DNA from: an uncultured virus (IMG/VR IMGVR_UViG_3300046782_000157) | Lineage: Duplodnaviria; Heunggongvirae; Uroviricota; Caudoviricetes | Strand: one strand, 5' to 3' | IMG/VR virus record: IMGVR_UViG_3300046782_000157 | DNA length: 64,000 nucleotides | Shown here: positions 10,452-21,163 of the stretch, piece after piece | Layout: every line of letters begins with the position of its first letter | How positions within the stretch are numbered: position 1 is the stretch's first letter | Translations under genes and position numbers: made by a program | Notes under the pieces: model-generated | Told to the model about the DNA's origin: nothing | Database searches by the model: none | What the model saw: the letters and a program-made list of their open reading frames with translations, nothing else

Positions 10452-10633
10452 CGACAGTCAAGAACGTCGGCGCTCTGACTGACCTGGCCGATGGAAGTAT
10501 CCTGGAGCCAGGGGCAACAAAGGACGTCACAGCGAAGTCGCTGGGCGATCCTTACAACCAGTGGCTGATCGAGGAGGGGCGCATCGAGGTCGTCTCCGAG
10601 GAGCCCAAGGCAAAGAAGGGTGGTGACAAATGA
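10448..10633 (+). CDS. small hypothetical protein before sheath
   Basis: RBS, ATGA overlaps on both sides. Confidence 0.6.
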   Translation: MTTVKNVGALTDLADGSILEPGATKDVTAKSLGDPYNQWLIEEGRIEVVSEEPKAKKGGDK

Positions 10634-12078
10634 GCAGGCCAGGAGTTGAGATTGCTCTGCTGGAGCAGCCGCCAGCAAGGACTCCTCCAGTTGATACGGG
10701 CGTCTTCTTCGCCATCGGCCCGGCACAGATGGGGCCAACCAACGCACCAAGCTTCATCAGGAGCATGTCCGAGTTCCAACGCATCTACGGGGCTCGTGTG
10801 ACCTACAGCTACTTGTGGGACGCGATCGACTGCTACTTCAAGGAGGGTGGGAGTCGAGCGTACATCAGTCGCGTTGTCGGCCCTGCCCCGATCAACGCTA
10901 CTGTGGCGCTCAAGGACGCATCCAACGCCGCCACGATGAACGTGACGGCGAACAGTCCTGGGGCCTGGGCGAACAGCTTGTCGGTGCAGATCACGGCCGG
11001 GTCGGTTGGCGGCACCTTTGTCGTCAACATTTTCCTCTCGGGCGTGCTCGTAGAAGTGTCGGGGGATCTCATTGATGTTCCGGCAGCCGTTAGCTGGTCG
11101 CAGTCGTCCGAGTACGTCGTGATCACGGATATCACGGCCAGCTCTCTGGATCCAGCCGTCGTCGCGGCGACTGCTCTCGTCGGCGGAACAGATGACAACA
11201 CGAACATCGTCGAGGATAACTGGACAACAGCCTACAACCTGTTCAGCAAAGGTCTGGGGCCAGGTCAGGTCGCCGCTCCGGGTCATACCTCGCAGGGCGG
11301 ACAGACGGCGCTGCTCGCTCACGCCGATGCCAACAACCGTGTCGCGCTCGTAGATGCGCTCGATTCGGGATCCAAGGCAACCCTCAAGTCGGCGGCTGCC
11401 GCGCTCCAGGGTGCGGTGCCAGGGAATCGTCACGCAGCTCTGTTCGCTCCGTGGGCGATTGTTCCGGGCATCGTCGCCGGCACTACCCGCATCGTGCCGT
11501 GGTCGGCTATCGAGGCCGGCATCATCTCGCGGAACGATGCTCATCTCAGCCCCAACACGGCAGCTGCTGGGCTACAGAACGGCCAGAGCGTGTATGCGAT
11601 CGGGCTCAGCCAGCCTCCGTTCAGCGACTCCGACCGGCAGGATCTCAATGCTTCGTCGGTGAACATCGTTCGGGCGCTATTCAACGGCATCATGGCCTAT
11701 GGGTTCCGTACCCTGGTTAACCCCGGCAGCGATCCGAACTGGATCCCGTTCAGCAACAGTCGTCTCTTCATGGCGATTGTCGCCGAAGCGGATGCAATTG
11801 CCGAGCAGTATGTGTTCGATCAGATCGACGGCAAGGGCGTCACGTTCAAGGAGTTCGGCGGCAACCTGGCTGGGATGCTGGCCAGCTACTACAACGAGGG
11901 CTCGTTGTATGGCGATACGCCGGATGCTGCGTATGCCGTGGATACCGGGTCAACAGTTAACACACCGGACACGATCTCCAACCTGGAGATCCATGCAGTG
12001 ATCAGCGTCAAGATGAGCCCGTTCGGAGAACTGGTTCACATCGACATCGTCAAGAAGCTCGTCACGGACACAATCTGA
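10630..12078 (+). CDS. contractile tail sheath protein
   Basis: MSRPGV start, FF.EGG.RAYISRV, SPGAWAN, YGFRTL, SPFGE motifs; 482 aa. Confidence 0.9.
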   Translation: MSRPGVEIALLEQPPARTPPVDTGVFFAIGPAQMGPTNAPSFIRSMSEFQRIYGARVTYSYLWDAIDCYFKEGGSRAYISRVVGPAPINATVALKDASNAATMNVTANSPGAWANSLSVQITAGSVGGTFVVNIFLSGVLVEVSGDLIDVPAAVSWSQSSEYVVITDITASSLDPAVVAATALVGGTDDNTNIVEDNWTTAYNLFSKGLGPGQVAAPGHTSQGGQTALLAHADANNRVALVDALDSGSKATLKSAAAALQGAVPGNRHAALFAPWAIVPGIVAGTTRIVPWSAIEAGIISRNDAHLSPNTAAAGLQNGQSVYAIGLSQPPFSDSDRQDLNASSVNIVRALFNGIMAYGFRTLVNPGSDPNWIPFSNSRLFMAIVAEADAIAEQYVFDQIDGKGVTFKEFGGNLAGMLASYYNEGSLYGDTPDAAYAVDTGSTVNTPDTISNLEIHAVISVKMSPFGELVHIDIVKKLVTDTI

Positions 12079-12095
12079 GAGAGGGGGTGAAGTAA

Positions 12096-12536
12096 ATGGC
12101 AGAATCCACTGGTGGGCCAACTCGCAAGGACACCTACATCCTGAACGTCATCGTGAATGGTATCAGGCTGGGAGTGTTCGACAAGATGACCGGAGGAGAT
12201 CTGGACTCCGACGAGTTCAAGTATTATCCCGGAGGCATGGTGCCGCCTGTCTCTCTCGGAGGCAAGGTCAACCCTGCCAACTTCGTCGTCTCGCGTCTGT
12301 ATCGTCTAGCGCGCGACCACGATTACGTGCAGAAGCTCTACAACGGCGTCGGCAAGTACGACTGCAAGGTCATCAGACAACCATTGGACATCGACTCCAA
12401 TCCGTACGGATCACCGATCGTCTGGAACGGTACGCTCAAGCGCGTCACCGTTCCTGAAGTCGATTCAGAGTCCAGCGATCCAGGCCTGCTGGAGCTGGAG
12501 TTTACGCCGCAGGGCAACCCGCAGGTCAGCGGCTAA
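12096..12536 (+). CDS. tail tube protein
   Basis: 146 aa directly after sheath. Confidence 0.75.
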   Translation: MAESTGGPTRKDTYILNVIVNGIRLGVFDKMTGGDLDSDEFKYYPGGMVPPVSLGGKVNPANFVVSRLYRLARDHDYVQKLYNGVGKYDCKVIRQPLDIDSNPYGSPIVWNGTLKRVTVPEVDSESSDPGLLELEFTPQGNPQVSG

Positions 12537-12558
12537 CGAGATACTGGGAGGGAGCGCC

Positions 12559-13146
12559 ATGCCATTGCCAGAAGATGAAACGAGGATCTATCATCAGCCG
12601 GAGCCAGGAGGCATGACTGAGCCTCTTGACCCCGAGGAACAAGAGCCGAATGGGCTTGTCTCGGACGGCGTGCAGCGGAACATCATGGATCAACTGCGCG
12701 CTGTCCGCGACGAGCAGACTGCCGGCGTTACCTGCTTCATCGCGGTGCCGGGCTATCGAGGACAACTGAAGGCAGAGTACGGAGTCCTGCCTACAAAAGA
12801 GATGAACAACATGGGCAGGAAAGTCGAACGACAGTTCAGAGACGCCGCCGACCGGCAGCTGAATGGTCTCATCGATATCCTCATCTCTGCTTGTGAAGGA
12901 TTGTTCTTCGTAGAGGAGGACGGCGGCTTGACCGCCATCGACCCTGACAGCTCCGGGATTCCTCTCACCTACACCGACCACCGCACTGCGGGCTTCTTCA
13001 AGCTTGGGGAAGTATCCAGCGCCCGAGGATGTCTAATGGGCGTCTTCCTGAACAACGAGCCCAGCATTCTCGCTCACGGATTGAAGTTGAGTCGCTGGTA
13101 CGAGGACACGTCGAAGGAAGTTGACGAGAGTTTCCTGGGGGAATAG
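12559..13146 (+). CDS. tail assembly chaperone (G-like)
   Basis: Between tube and tape measure; ends in slippery GGGGGAA-TAG. Confidence 0.75.
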   Translation: MPLPEDETRIYHQPEPGGMTEPLDPEEQEPNGLVSDGVQRNIMDQLRAVRDEQTAGVTCFIAVPGYRGQLKAEYGVLPTKEMNNMGRKVERQFRDAADRQLNGLIDILISACEGLFFVEEDGGLTAIDPDSSGIPLTYTDHRTAGFFKLGEVSSARGCLMGVFLNNEPSILAHGLKLSRWYEDTSKEVDESFLGE

Positions 13147-13349
13147 AAGCCAGCGATGAGATCACTCAAGCCGCACAAATACTCCTCGCTGGCGGAGATC
13201 CTCTGCGGTGGCTCAATGGGGAAGATGCGTTCGAGACAGGGATCATGTACCAGGTAGCTCTCAAGGCGATCGAGCTTCAACGCGAGATCCTTCATGAGGA
13301 TCTCGCTCGTCGTACGGCAAATGCAGTATCGAGGATGTTCAAGAGATAG
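13137..13349 (+). CDS. -1 frameshift extension of tail assembly chaperone (GT-like)
   Basis: GGGGGAA at 13137-13143; -1 frame open (GIEASDEIT...SRMFKR) to TAG 13349, overlapping the tape-measure GTG. Confidence 0.75.
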   Translation, partial: GGIEASDEITQAAQILLAGGDPLRWLNGEDAFETGIMYQVALKAIELQREILHEDLARRTANAVSRMFKR

Positions 13350-15544
13350 TGGCCATTGTCACTGATCAGATGGTTATCCAGACCCGGTTGGAGGGAGCTA
13401 CCTCCGTTGCTGCCGGGCTGGATGCCATCGCGATCGCGGAAGGTAAAGTCGCTGTTGGCGCTGAGGCGGCTCAGGCAGGGCTAGCCAAGACACAGCGGAA
13501 GGGTTTTCTGCTCATGCAGACGCTCTTCACTGCTCGTCGCGTCTTGTACGGATTCTCTCTCGCTCTGGGAACTGCGGTGGCTGGAACGGTTGCCCTCGGA
13601 TTCCAGTTCGACTCCTTCAAGCAGCAGAGCACGCTCGCGTTCACGTCGCTGTTAGGAAACGCTCAGGCTGCCAAGGATGAGATCTCGCTCCTCTTCAATA
13701 TCGCTGCGAAGACACCGTTCACGTTCCAGAATGTCACGGCTACGGCTCGACAGTTCTTGGCGTTCGGATTCTCGTTGAAGCAGACCAATCAGTATCTCAA
13801 TGTCCTGGGCGATACCGTGTCTGCGTTCGGACTCAGCGGTGATCAGATCTCTCACCTGGCAGTTGTCTTCGGACAGATCCACCAGTCCGGTCGTTTGCTC
13901 GGCCAGGACATGAGGCAGCTGGAGCAGGCCGGCATCCCGGTCTTCCCGGCTCTGCGCAAGGAGCTGGGTCTAACCCAGGCACAGATCCAGGCGTTCATGA
14001 AGGGTCAGCTGATCATCCCGAGCCAGTACGGCATCCCGGCCATCATGAAGTATCTCCAGCAGAGGTTTGGAGGCATGGCCGCGATTCAAGCCAAGACGTT
14101 CCAGGGCGAGGCGTCTACCTTCAAGGACTACCTGGGTCAACTGATGGGCACTTTGGAGGAGAGCCTATTCAATCGAGCCACCAAGTCCCTGGGAGGAGTC
14201 AACGACGCTCTCACCAAGTTGACTAAGACTGCACAGACCAAGGGCTTCACAGCGTTCATCAGCCAGCTCGACGGCATGCTCGGCCTTGGAGGCAAACTCG
14301 TATTCGCGGTGAATACGTTGAAGGATGCGTTCATCACCTTCTACCGCTACGAGCGCATGGTATGGGGAGTATCCAAAGACCTAGCAAACATCCTCATATA
14401 TATGTTCGTGCCTCTTTATTTAGTGTTCAAAGCAGTCGAATGGCTTGTGAACAACGGGCTCGTCCCTCTCAAGTATGTTCTCTACGTTGTTCTTGGCTCT
14501 TTGGTTGCCTGGAAAATCGCCATGATTTATGTCAGGATCGCTACCCTTCTGTGGGCAGCGGCAACGGGCATTGCAACATTCGCAATGTGGCTCCAGCAAG
14601 CAGCCATTGTGGCTGTGTTCGTGGCGACGGAGTTTCTGAACGTCGCACGCAAGGATGGAATCGCCTACGCTCTCTACACGATGGCGGTCAACATAGGTCT
14701 GGTCGGCGCGTACGAAGCAGTCACAGCCGCCGCCTCTTCAGCCGCCGCCGCAACCTGGGCGTTCACCATCGCGCTGCTCTCTAACCCGATCACGTGGGTT
14801 GTTCTGGGGACAATCGCGCTGATCGCAGTCTTCACGATCTTGATGGTCAAGGTCAAGGCGTTTCGAGAGTTCATGCTGCACTACGGAGGATTCATCATGC
14901 TATGGATCCCTGGCCTCCAGATCGTCGGCACTGTCCTGCTCATCATCGGATACTTCAAGCAGCTACAGGATGCGTTCGGCGGCACTGTGGACTTCATGAA
15001 GAATCACTGGAAGGACTTCATCTTGTTCTTCCTGACCTTCGGTGTTGGCAACCTGCTATACCACTTCTGGGATCCAATCGTCACCAACTTGACCATAGCT
15101 GTGAACTGGATCAAGGGAATCTTCAACGATCTCTTCAGTTGGATCACGTCACATGCCAAGGACGCTCTCGATCCTCGCAACTGGATCCCATTCGGCCTCG
15201 GATCTCTAGTCGGTGGCAAGGGCAAAGTCGGTTTCAGTTGGAAGGATCTGCTCAAGATCGGCTTGCCAGGCCCGCTCTCTGGCATCTTTGCTGATGGTGG
15301 AGTCACTCCTCATCGAGGCTACGCAGTCGTAGGCGAGAAAGGCCCAGAGCTAGTCTGGTTGCCTGGTGGCTCTCACGTCCGGCCACTCGCGCCGGTTCCT
15401 GACACGGGCGCTTTCCAGCAGCTGCCCGCCGCAGGGCAGGCAGGGCCACGCGAGCTGACGATTCACGTTCCAGTCCACCTCAATGATGGCGTCCTTGGCA
15501 ACACGTTCGCCAAGTTGATGCTTGACCAGATGGCGAGGGCATAG
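13349..15544 (+). CDS. tape measure protein
   Basis: AAKTPF...FLAFG...LGD.VSA tape-measure domain, hydrophobic helices, C-terminal FADGG...VGEKGPELV. Confidence 0.9.
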   Translation: MAIVTDQMVIQTRLEGATSVAAGLDAIAIAEGKVAVGAEAAQAGLAKTQRKGFLLMQTLFTARRVLYGFSLALGTAVAGTVALGFQFDSFKQQSTLAFTSLLGNAQAAKDEISLLFNIAAKTPFTFQNVTATARQFLAFGFSLKQTNQYLNVLGDTVSAFGLSGDQISHLAVVFGQIHQSGRLLGQDMRQLEQAGIPVFPALRKELGLTQAQIQAFMKGQLIIPSQYGIPAIMKYLQQRFGGMAAIQAKTFQGEASTFKDYLGQLMGTLEESLFNRATKSLGGVNDALTKLTKTAQTKGFTAFISQLDGMLGLGGKLVFAVNTLKDAFITFYRYERMVWGVSKDLANILIYMFVPLYLVFKAVEWLVNNGLVPLKYVLYVVLGSLVAWKIAMIYVRIATLLWAAATGIATFAMWLQQAAIVAVFVATEFLNVARKDGIAYALYTMAVNIGLVGAYEAVTAAASSAAAATWAFTIALLSNPITWVVLGTIALIAVFTILMVKVKAFREFMLHYGGFIMLWIPGLQIVGTVLLIIGYFKQLQDAFGGTVDFMKNHWKDFILFFLTFGVGNLLYHFWDPIVTNLTIAVNWIKGIFNDLFSWITSHAKDALDPRNWIPFGLGSLVGGKGKVGFSWKDLLKIGLPGPLSGIFADGGVTPHRGYAVVGEKGPELVWLPGGSHVRPLAPVPDTGAFQQLPAAGQAGPRELTIHVPVHLNDGVLGNTFAKLMLDQMARA

Positions 15545-16269
15545 TGCCGACTCCGCAGCAATACGTTACGATCCGATCTGCTAGCGGTTCTGTCTCGGCT
15601 CTGCTGGACGATACAACGCCGACAATCACGGATGGATACGGTGGCTGGCAGGAAGTACAGCGCGCTCGCCGAACGGCCTACGTTGATTGGCCTGGCAAGA
15701 ATGCACTCAAGATGCAGATCGGCATTGTATTCGACGGTTTCCAGAACGACACCGACGTGTCGGGAAGAATCAAAACTCTGGAGAGCATGGCGCTTCCTGT
15801 CGATGGCACGCTCGCTCCTCCTCACGTCACAATCGCGGGATTCGTTCCTCACACCGATCTCACCTGGGTGATCAGTTCGATCACTTGGGGCGAGTCTGAC
15901 CGCAACGAGAAGGGCATCTTGATCAGACAGAAGATGACCATTCTTTTCTGGCAGTTCGTTCCTGAGGACATCATCGTGAAGTCGCTCGCCAGCCAGTCTC
16001 GAACGAAAGCCAAGTCCAAGAACACGGCCCAAGCGGGCAGCGCCAATCGCAAATTTACCCTTTCCACGTTCGGGTATCAGCCCGACTCCTCTACGACTGC
16101 TACCGCCACGACGCTCTACATTGCCAAGGCCGGAGACACATTGAACTCCATCGCAGCGAAGCAGCTTGGCGACTACAAACGGTGGACAGAAATCGCCGAC
16201 TTGAACAACTTGACTAACCCATTCACTCCGTTCAAGGGCGGCGAGAAGATCAAGGTGCCGATCCGCTGA
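15544..16269 (+). CDS. LysM-domain tail tube initiator/baseplate protein
   Basis: C-terminal YIAKAGDTLNSIAAKQLGD...W.EIADLN LysM. Confidence 0.85.
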   Translation: MPTPQQYVTIRSASGSVSALLDDTTPTITDGYGGWQEVQRARRTAYVDWPGKNALKMQIGIVFDGFQNDTDVSGRIKTLESMALPVDGTLAPPHVTIAGFVPHTDLTWVISSITWGESDRNEKGILIRQKMTILFWQFVPEDIIVKSLASQSRTKAKSKNTAQAGSANRKFTLSTFGYQPDSSTTATATTLYIAKAGDTLNSIAAKQLGDYKRWTEIADLNNLTNPFTPFKGGEKIKVPIR

Positions 16270-18461
16270 TGCCTAAAAACGTCCCCATCACCCCCAACTC
16301 TCCGGTAGATCGCGGCGCAGGATCTAAGCCTGCTGACGGCTGGGGGATGGCCGCTGATCTCGGCGAGCTATGGGTTTGGGTCGAGGGCAACAAAATCGAG
16401 AACATCCGTGAACGAGTCATAGATGACGGCGCCAAAATCAATCTAACTATCGACGGCGCACATACTGTGAAGGTATCTCTGGATGACTACGATCGAAAGA
16501 TCCTGCTGGGGAAGAACATCATCAGACACAAGTCACAGATCTTTGTCCAGAGTCGGTGGTGGACTCTTGTTCAAGGTAGCAAGAATGGCGACCAGCTCGA
16601 TCTCACATTCGAGGACGCCCACACCGCCAATTTGCGCACGTACGGTAAGCTGCTCCTGCTCCCGAAAGCATGGGGTAGCCGTTGTCAGTTCGTCTGGCGC
16701 CTCGTTCTGGAGGCAGCCTCGACTGATAAGAGCCTCAACTATGAAGCTCCGTGCGCTGGTCAAAATATCCCACAGAAGTTGGTGGATTCCGTGCTAGGGC
16801 TTCAGCAACCAGTGTCTCCGTATATCCGCGATCCTTTCGTTCATGCTAAGCCGAAGACCAAGGCTAATATCAAGATCAAGAGCGCCACTCCTAGCGCCCA
16901 ACAGATCGACAACATCAACATCATCATGGATGTCTGTTCCAGCATGAACGTCCGGCGTAAGGTCGCAGTTGCCGTGATCATGATCGGGATCGAGGAGTCT
17001 AGTCTTCACAACTATGACTGGGATCAAGGCCCGACATCGGCAGCTCCAGGCCTCGATTCCGGTGGGCTCTTCCCAGCGGGCCTAGTCGGTCATCGAGGCA
17101 TCTGGCAGCAAGATCCACGCTACTACCCAGCAAGCAGAGACGTCAGGAAAGACGCCATCGGCGCTACAGGGCAGCTCGATGGGAAGTACAAGAAGGGCGC
17201 GGTGACACTTGGGCACCAGTACGACCTGTCCTATCCGAACATCTCCGTCAACGAGTTGGCCGACAAGATACAGAATGAAGAGGGTTACTGGTTTGGTGGA
17301 AAGGCAGGTCAGTATCGGATCGAGGCAGAGCGTATTGTTACGGCCTGGGGGTGGTCAGGCGGAGACATTCGGACGCAGCTGCCTGATCCCAAGACTACGG
17401 CGGATGCTACCAAGAACAGTGGCCAGGCCCCAATCGCGATCCCTCCAGGATTCACGCCAACTACCACAGGCGGAGGTAACAATACTCAGTGGCACCGTGG
17501 AGCGCCCAAGGGCAAGAAGGGCGTTCGCCGGTTCGAGAACGAAAACAGTTGGTCATGCATTCAGCGGATGGCGAGCGAGGTCAACTGGTATACTTTCATG
17601 CTGGGTGACTATCTCGTATTCGCTCCAGGCGACTGGCTCTTTGCCAAGAAAGTTGACTACATCTTCAAAGAGTTTGACAAGGGTGTCGGCTACATCGACT
17701 TCGACTACGACGTCAACAAGAAGAACGCCACGTGTACGATCCACACCAGGATCGAGGAGTGGCCGGTGGATCCAGGGAATGTCATCACGCTCGAAGATAT
17801 GGGCATCGTAGACGGAAACTGGTTGGTGAGCGCGTACGAACGCAGCCTGTTCAGTCATGAGGTCACCGTCACCTGCGTCAAGCCCAAGCCCGCGTTCCCC
17901 GAGCCGAGCACCAAGAGCAACATCTTTACTCCTGGAGCCACTGGTGGAGAGATCAATCCTCCGGCCAAGAGCCCGGTTGTCAAAGAGGACATTCGTACCA
18001 AGATCGCTGCCTGGGCGCTCAGCGGAGCGAAAGGCCCGCCGCCGTTCTATGGTGACTATAGCGGTGGATATCGAGGCAAGATGGGGAACTGGCCGGAGCG
18101 GATGGACTGCTCCGACTTCGTGGCGCAGTGCTACGCTTGGGGCGCCAACTTCGTCAAGAAGTACGACCCCAACCAAAACAACTGGGGCGACGGGAACACC
18201 GCAACTCTCTACGCTCATGGCAAGACGATACCGCTGGCCAACGCCCAGAAAGCCGACATCGTGATCTGGTCTGCTGGTCAGGCTGTAGGAGGCAGCGCTG
18301 AGCACGCAGCCATCTTCGTGGAGGACTGGCACGGAGCAGATACTCAGATGGTTAGCCACGGCGGATCGACTCCAGGCCCAAACCAGCTAGGGTTCGGAGA
18401 TGAGAACAAGTACCACGTTCTGCGTGGAGCTAACCCGACGGTCAAGAACTACATCGACTAA
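16269..18461 (+). CDS. baseplate hub with C-terminal NlpC/P60 peptidase
   Basis: MDCSDFV...GNTATL...HAAI catalytic motifs; hub synteny. Confidence 0.75.
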   Translation: MPKNVPITPNSPVDRGAGSKPADGWGMAADLGELWVWVEGNKIENIRERVIDDGAKINLTIDGAHTVKVSLDDYDRKILLGKNIIRHKSQIFVQSRWWTLVQGSKNGDQLDLTFEDAHTANLRTYGKLLLLPKAWGSRCQFVWRLVLEAASTDKSLNYEAPCAGQNIPQKLVDSVLGLQQPVSPYIRDPFVHAKPKTKANIKIKSATPSAQQIDNINIIMDVCSSMNVRRKVAVAVIMIGIEESSLHNYDWDQGPTSAAPGLDSGGLFPAGLVGHRGIWQQDPRYYPASRDVRKDAIGATGQLDGKYKKGAVTLGHQYDLSYPNISVNELADKIQNEEGYWFGGKAGQYRIEAERIVTAWGWSGGDIRTQLPDPKTTADATKNSGQAPIAIPPGFTPTTTGGGNNTQWHRGAPKGKKGVRRFENENSWSCIQRMASEVNWYTFMLGDYLVFAPGDWLFAKKVDYIFKEFDKGVGYIDFDYDVNKKNATCTIHTRIEEWPVDPGNVITLEDMGIVDGNWLVSAYERSLFSHEVTVTCVKPKPAFPEPSTKSNIFTPGATGGEINPPAKSPVVKEDIRTKIAAWALSGAKGPPPFYGDYSGGYRGKMGNWPERMDCSDFVAQCYAWGANFVKKYDPNQNNWGDGNTATLYAHGKTIPLANAQKADIVIWSAGQAVGGSAEHAAIFVEDWHGADTQMVSHGGSTPGPNQLGFGDENKYHVLRGANPTVKNYID

Positions 18462-19342
18462 TGCCACAGACCCAGCAACTTGCAGAACTGCTGAAGCCTG
18501 AGAACCAGGAGATCCTCGACTTCAGTGGCTCGTGGTATTCAGAAGTCGCAGCAGACGTTACTGACTTCAGTGACCCGATGTGGATCATCATTCCAGAGTT
18601 CGACAGCGCTCACGTCTGGGGGCCATGTATCTGGCAGAGCCGTGATGCTAACACGCTGCCTCAACAGGGTGATCTCGCGCTCGCCACTTTCGACAATCGC
18701 AGGAACATCTGGGTGCCAAGCTGGTGGCCCTTCACCGACAATACCAGTGCAGATGTCAAGCCACCGAAGACTAGCTCCAAATATCCGACTCCCAAGCCTC
18801 CGGCCGGTGGGATTCTCAAGTCTGTTGGCGGCCATCCAGTCGAGCAGCGGATTCAAAAAGGCGCAGGCCAAGGCGGGGGTGCAGGCATTACCGTTACGTC
18901 GTCTGTTCAGCGCGGCGTCATCCACGACACCGAGGGCGCTGGCGACTACAATGGACAGATCGAGTTCATGGCGTCGGCGTACTTCCCCAACTTTGCGATC
19001 GGGACAGACAACGGCCAGGTACGCATCACTCAGTTCGAGCCGATCGGAGTCTCGTCTGACGCGACGGCAGCTCATGACTTCGAGATCATGTGTCAGATCG
19101 AGATCATAGCGCCGAACGGAGCAGCGAACTATACGATTGGGCAGTGGCGTAGCTGGCTAACTCCGATCAAGGATGCGCTTCAAGGACTCATGGCTGCGAG
19201 CGGAGTGCCGATGACCTATCGTGGCGCTCCAGCGAATCGCGGACAGAACTGGGCTCAGTCTGGGTGGTTCGGACATATTGATGTTCCTGACAATGACCAC
19301 ACCGATCCGGGAACAGGTTTCCCATGGGGTGATTATCTATGA
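18461..19342 (+). CDS. spike-like protein fused to N-acetylmuramoyl-L-alanine amidase
   Basis: N-terminal LPQQGD.AL..FD (gpV-like); C-terminal IHDTEG...QIE...GHIDVPDNDHTDPG amidase motifs. Confidence 0.7.
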   Translation: MPQTQQLAELLKPENQEILDFSGSWYSEVAADVTDFSDPMWIIIPEFDSAHVWGPCIWQSRDANTLPQQGDLALATFDNRRNIWVPSWWPFTDNTSADVKPPKTSSKYPTPKPPAGGILKSVGGHPVEQRIQKGAGQGGGAGITVTSSVQRGVIHDTEGAGDYNGQIEFMASAYFPNFAIGTDNGQVRITQFEPIGVSSDATAAHDFEIMCQIEIIAPNGAANYTIGQWRSWLTPIKDALQGLMAASGVPMTYRGAPANRGQNWAQSGWFGHIDVPDNDHTDPGTGFPWGDYL

Positions 19343-19692
19343 GAAGCAGCGATGCGTTAACTCCTCACATCTCGATCCCGTTCACAATGATCGCATGGGG
19401 AGCTGGAGGGGTGGACGTGAATGAGCAGGACTCGCTCGATGACGTCTATGACTGCGTTCAAGCGGTCATTCGCTGCCCGGAGGGATACCGACCGGAACTG
19501 ATGGCGTTTGGGATCACAGACCAGACGTTTTCCCAGAGCGAAATTGACCTAAGCGAGATCGCAGACAAGGTGCGAGTCTGGGAACCTCGGTCGGATGCCC
19601 TCTATTCCCAGTCCCTGAGCGGAATCACGCTGCTAGACGATCTTGTCAAAGTGAGAGTCGCTAGACTCCAGACCGGAGGATCCAGTGCCTAG
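19339..19692 (+). CDS. gp25/gpW-like baseplate wedge protein
   Basis: G.RP....FG...WEPR motif. Confidence 0.8.
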   Translation: MRSSDALTPHISIPFTMIAWGAGGVDVNEQDSLDDVYDCVQAVIRCPEGYRPELMAFGITDQTFSQSEIDLSEIADKVRVWEPRSDALYSQSLSGITLLDDLVKVRVARLQTGGSSA

Positions 19693-21163
19693 CTATCTCA
19701 GCCCACCAATTGAGACTGATCCGCAGATTCTCGCGCAGGATTGCTTTGATTTTCTCCAGACGGAATACCCTGGGTGGATTCCTGCCGAGGGCAACTTTGA
19801 AGTATGGCTGATCGAGGCGATGGCCCGAATGATCGGGCAGCTACGAGACATCACTAGCCTCGTTCCTACCGCCATCTTCAAGTATTTCGGCAAGACATTG
19901 ATGGGCATTCTTCCCATCGAGCCGTCGAACGCGAGCGGGACTAGCACCTGGACGATGATTGATGACTTGGGTTACACGATCCCTGCTGGGACTCAGCTCC
20001 AGATCCGTGACAGCGCCGGCAACTACTTCCCGTTCCAGACCAATGTTGATGTAGTTGTAGCTCCTGGCAGCACCGTTACGGATACGGGTGGCGTCTCTCT
20101 CACGGCCGTCTTCGAGGGTGCAGCCAGCTCGGGACTCAGTGGCGATGGCGAACTGCTAGACATCCTGCCCTTCATCGACAGCGTCACCATCGAGGGAGAG
20201 ACGACGGGTGGACAGGACGGACAGACTGACGACGAATACCTCAACCACCTAGTCGAGCAGCTACAGCTGATGGCGCCGCGTCCGATCCTCGCGCCGGATT
20301 TCGCCGCGATGGCTAAGAACATTGCTGGCGTTTGGCGCGCGGTCGCTATCGACGGGCTCATGCCCTCGGTGAATGAGGTACAGCGTGTTGCCATCGACGC
20401 TACCGGCGGAACGTTCACGCTGACCTTCGGCGGGCAAACGACAACGGCGCTCGCGTTCAACGTCACGGCGGCTGCTCTCCAATCGGCGCTAGCGGCTCTC
20501 TCCAGCATTGGCCCCAACAACGTCTCGGTAACGGGTGGGCCCGGCAATGCCGGCGCAACGACTCCATATCTGGTCACGTTCCAGGGAACGTTGGGTGCCT
20601 CCAACGTAGCACAAATGACGTCGAACGGGACGCTGTTGACGGGTAGCCTCCATACCGTTACCGTGACGACTGTCCAGGCGGGAGCAGCTACACAGTACAA
20701 CATCGAGCGGTATGTGACAGTCTTTCCGGTGGACGAGTTCGGGCAGCCGGTTGCTGGCAACGTCAGGTTGACTCTAGCAGCCTACCTTGATAGTCTGCGT
20801 GAAGTCAACTTCGTTGTCCCGGTAGTCGATCCTCAATATCAGATGTTCGATGTCCAGACGACGATAGTTGCGTTGCCCGGTACGGACAAGGTCGCGCTCC
20901 AAGCAGCGGTGGTAGGATCACTTCAGACCTACCTCGATCCTTCCAAGTGGGGAGTCCCTGCTTCCGACTCTCAGGAGTGGCAGAACGACACTCACCTACG
21001 CTACTTGGAAGTTGCTCAAGTCATCAACAACGTACTCGGTGTGAACTACATTGTCAGTTTGACAACGGCGATTCACAATGCATCGCCTAACGTCGTAGAC
21101 ATCACGATGCCAGGGGACGTAGCTCTGCCGCTTGCTGGCTCGATCGTGGTGACGGTGAACTAG
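19685..21163 (+). CDS. baseplate J-like protein
   Basis: IPAGT, GGQDGQTDDEYL motifs; internal NEVQ...GGTFTLTF insertion. Confidence 0.85.
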   Translation: MPSYLSPPIETDPQILAQDCFDFLQTEYPGWIPAEGNFEVWLIEAMARMIGQLRDITSLVPTAIFKYFGKTLMGILPIEPSNASGTSTWTMIDDLGYTIPAGTQLQIRDSAGNYFPFQTNVDVVVAPGSTVTDTGGVSLTAVFEGAASSGLSGDGELLDILPFIDSVTIEGETTGGQDGQTDDEYLNHLVEQLQLMAPRPILAPDFAAMAKNIAGVWRAVAIDGLMPSVNEVQRVAIDATGGTFTLTFGGQTTTALAFNVTAAALQSALAALSSIGPNNVSVTGGPGNAGATTPYLVTFQGTLGASNVAQMTSNGTLLTGSLHTVTVTTVQAGAATQYNIERYVTVFPVDEFGQPVAGNVRLTLAAYLDSLREVNFVVPVVDPQYQMFDVQTTIVALPGTDKVALQAAVVGSLQTYLDPSKWGVPASDSQEWQNDTHLRYLEVAQVINNVLGVNYIVSLTTAIHNASPNVVDITMPGDVALPLAGSIVVTVN

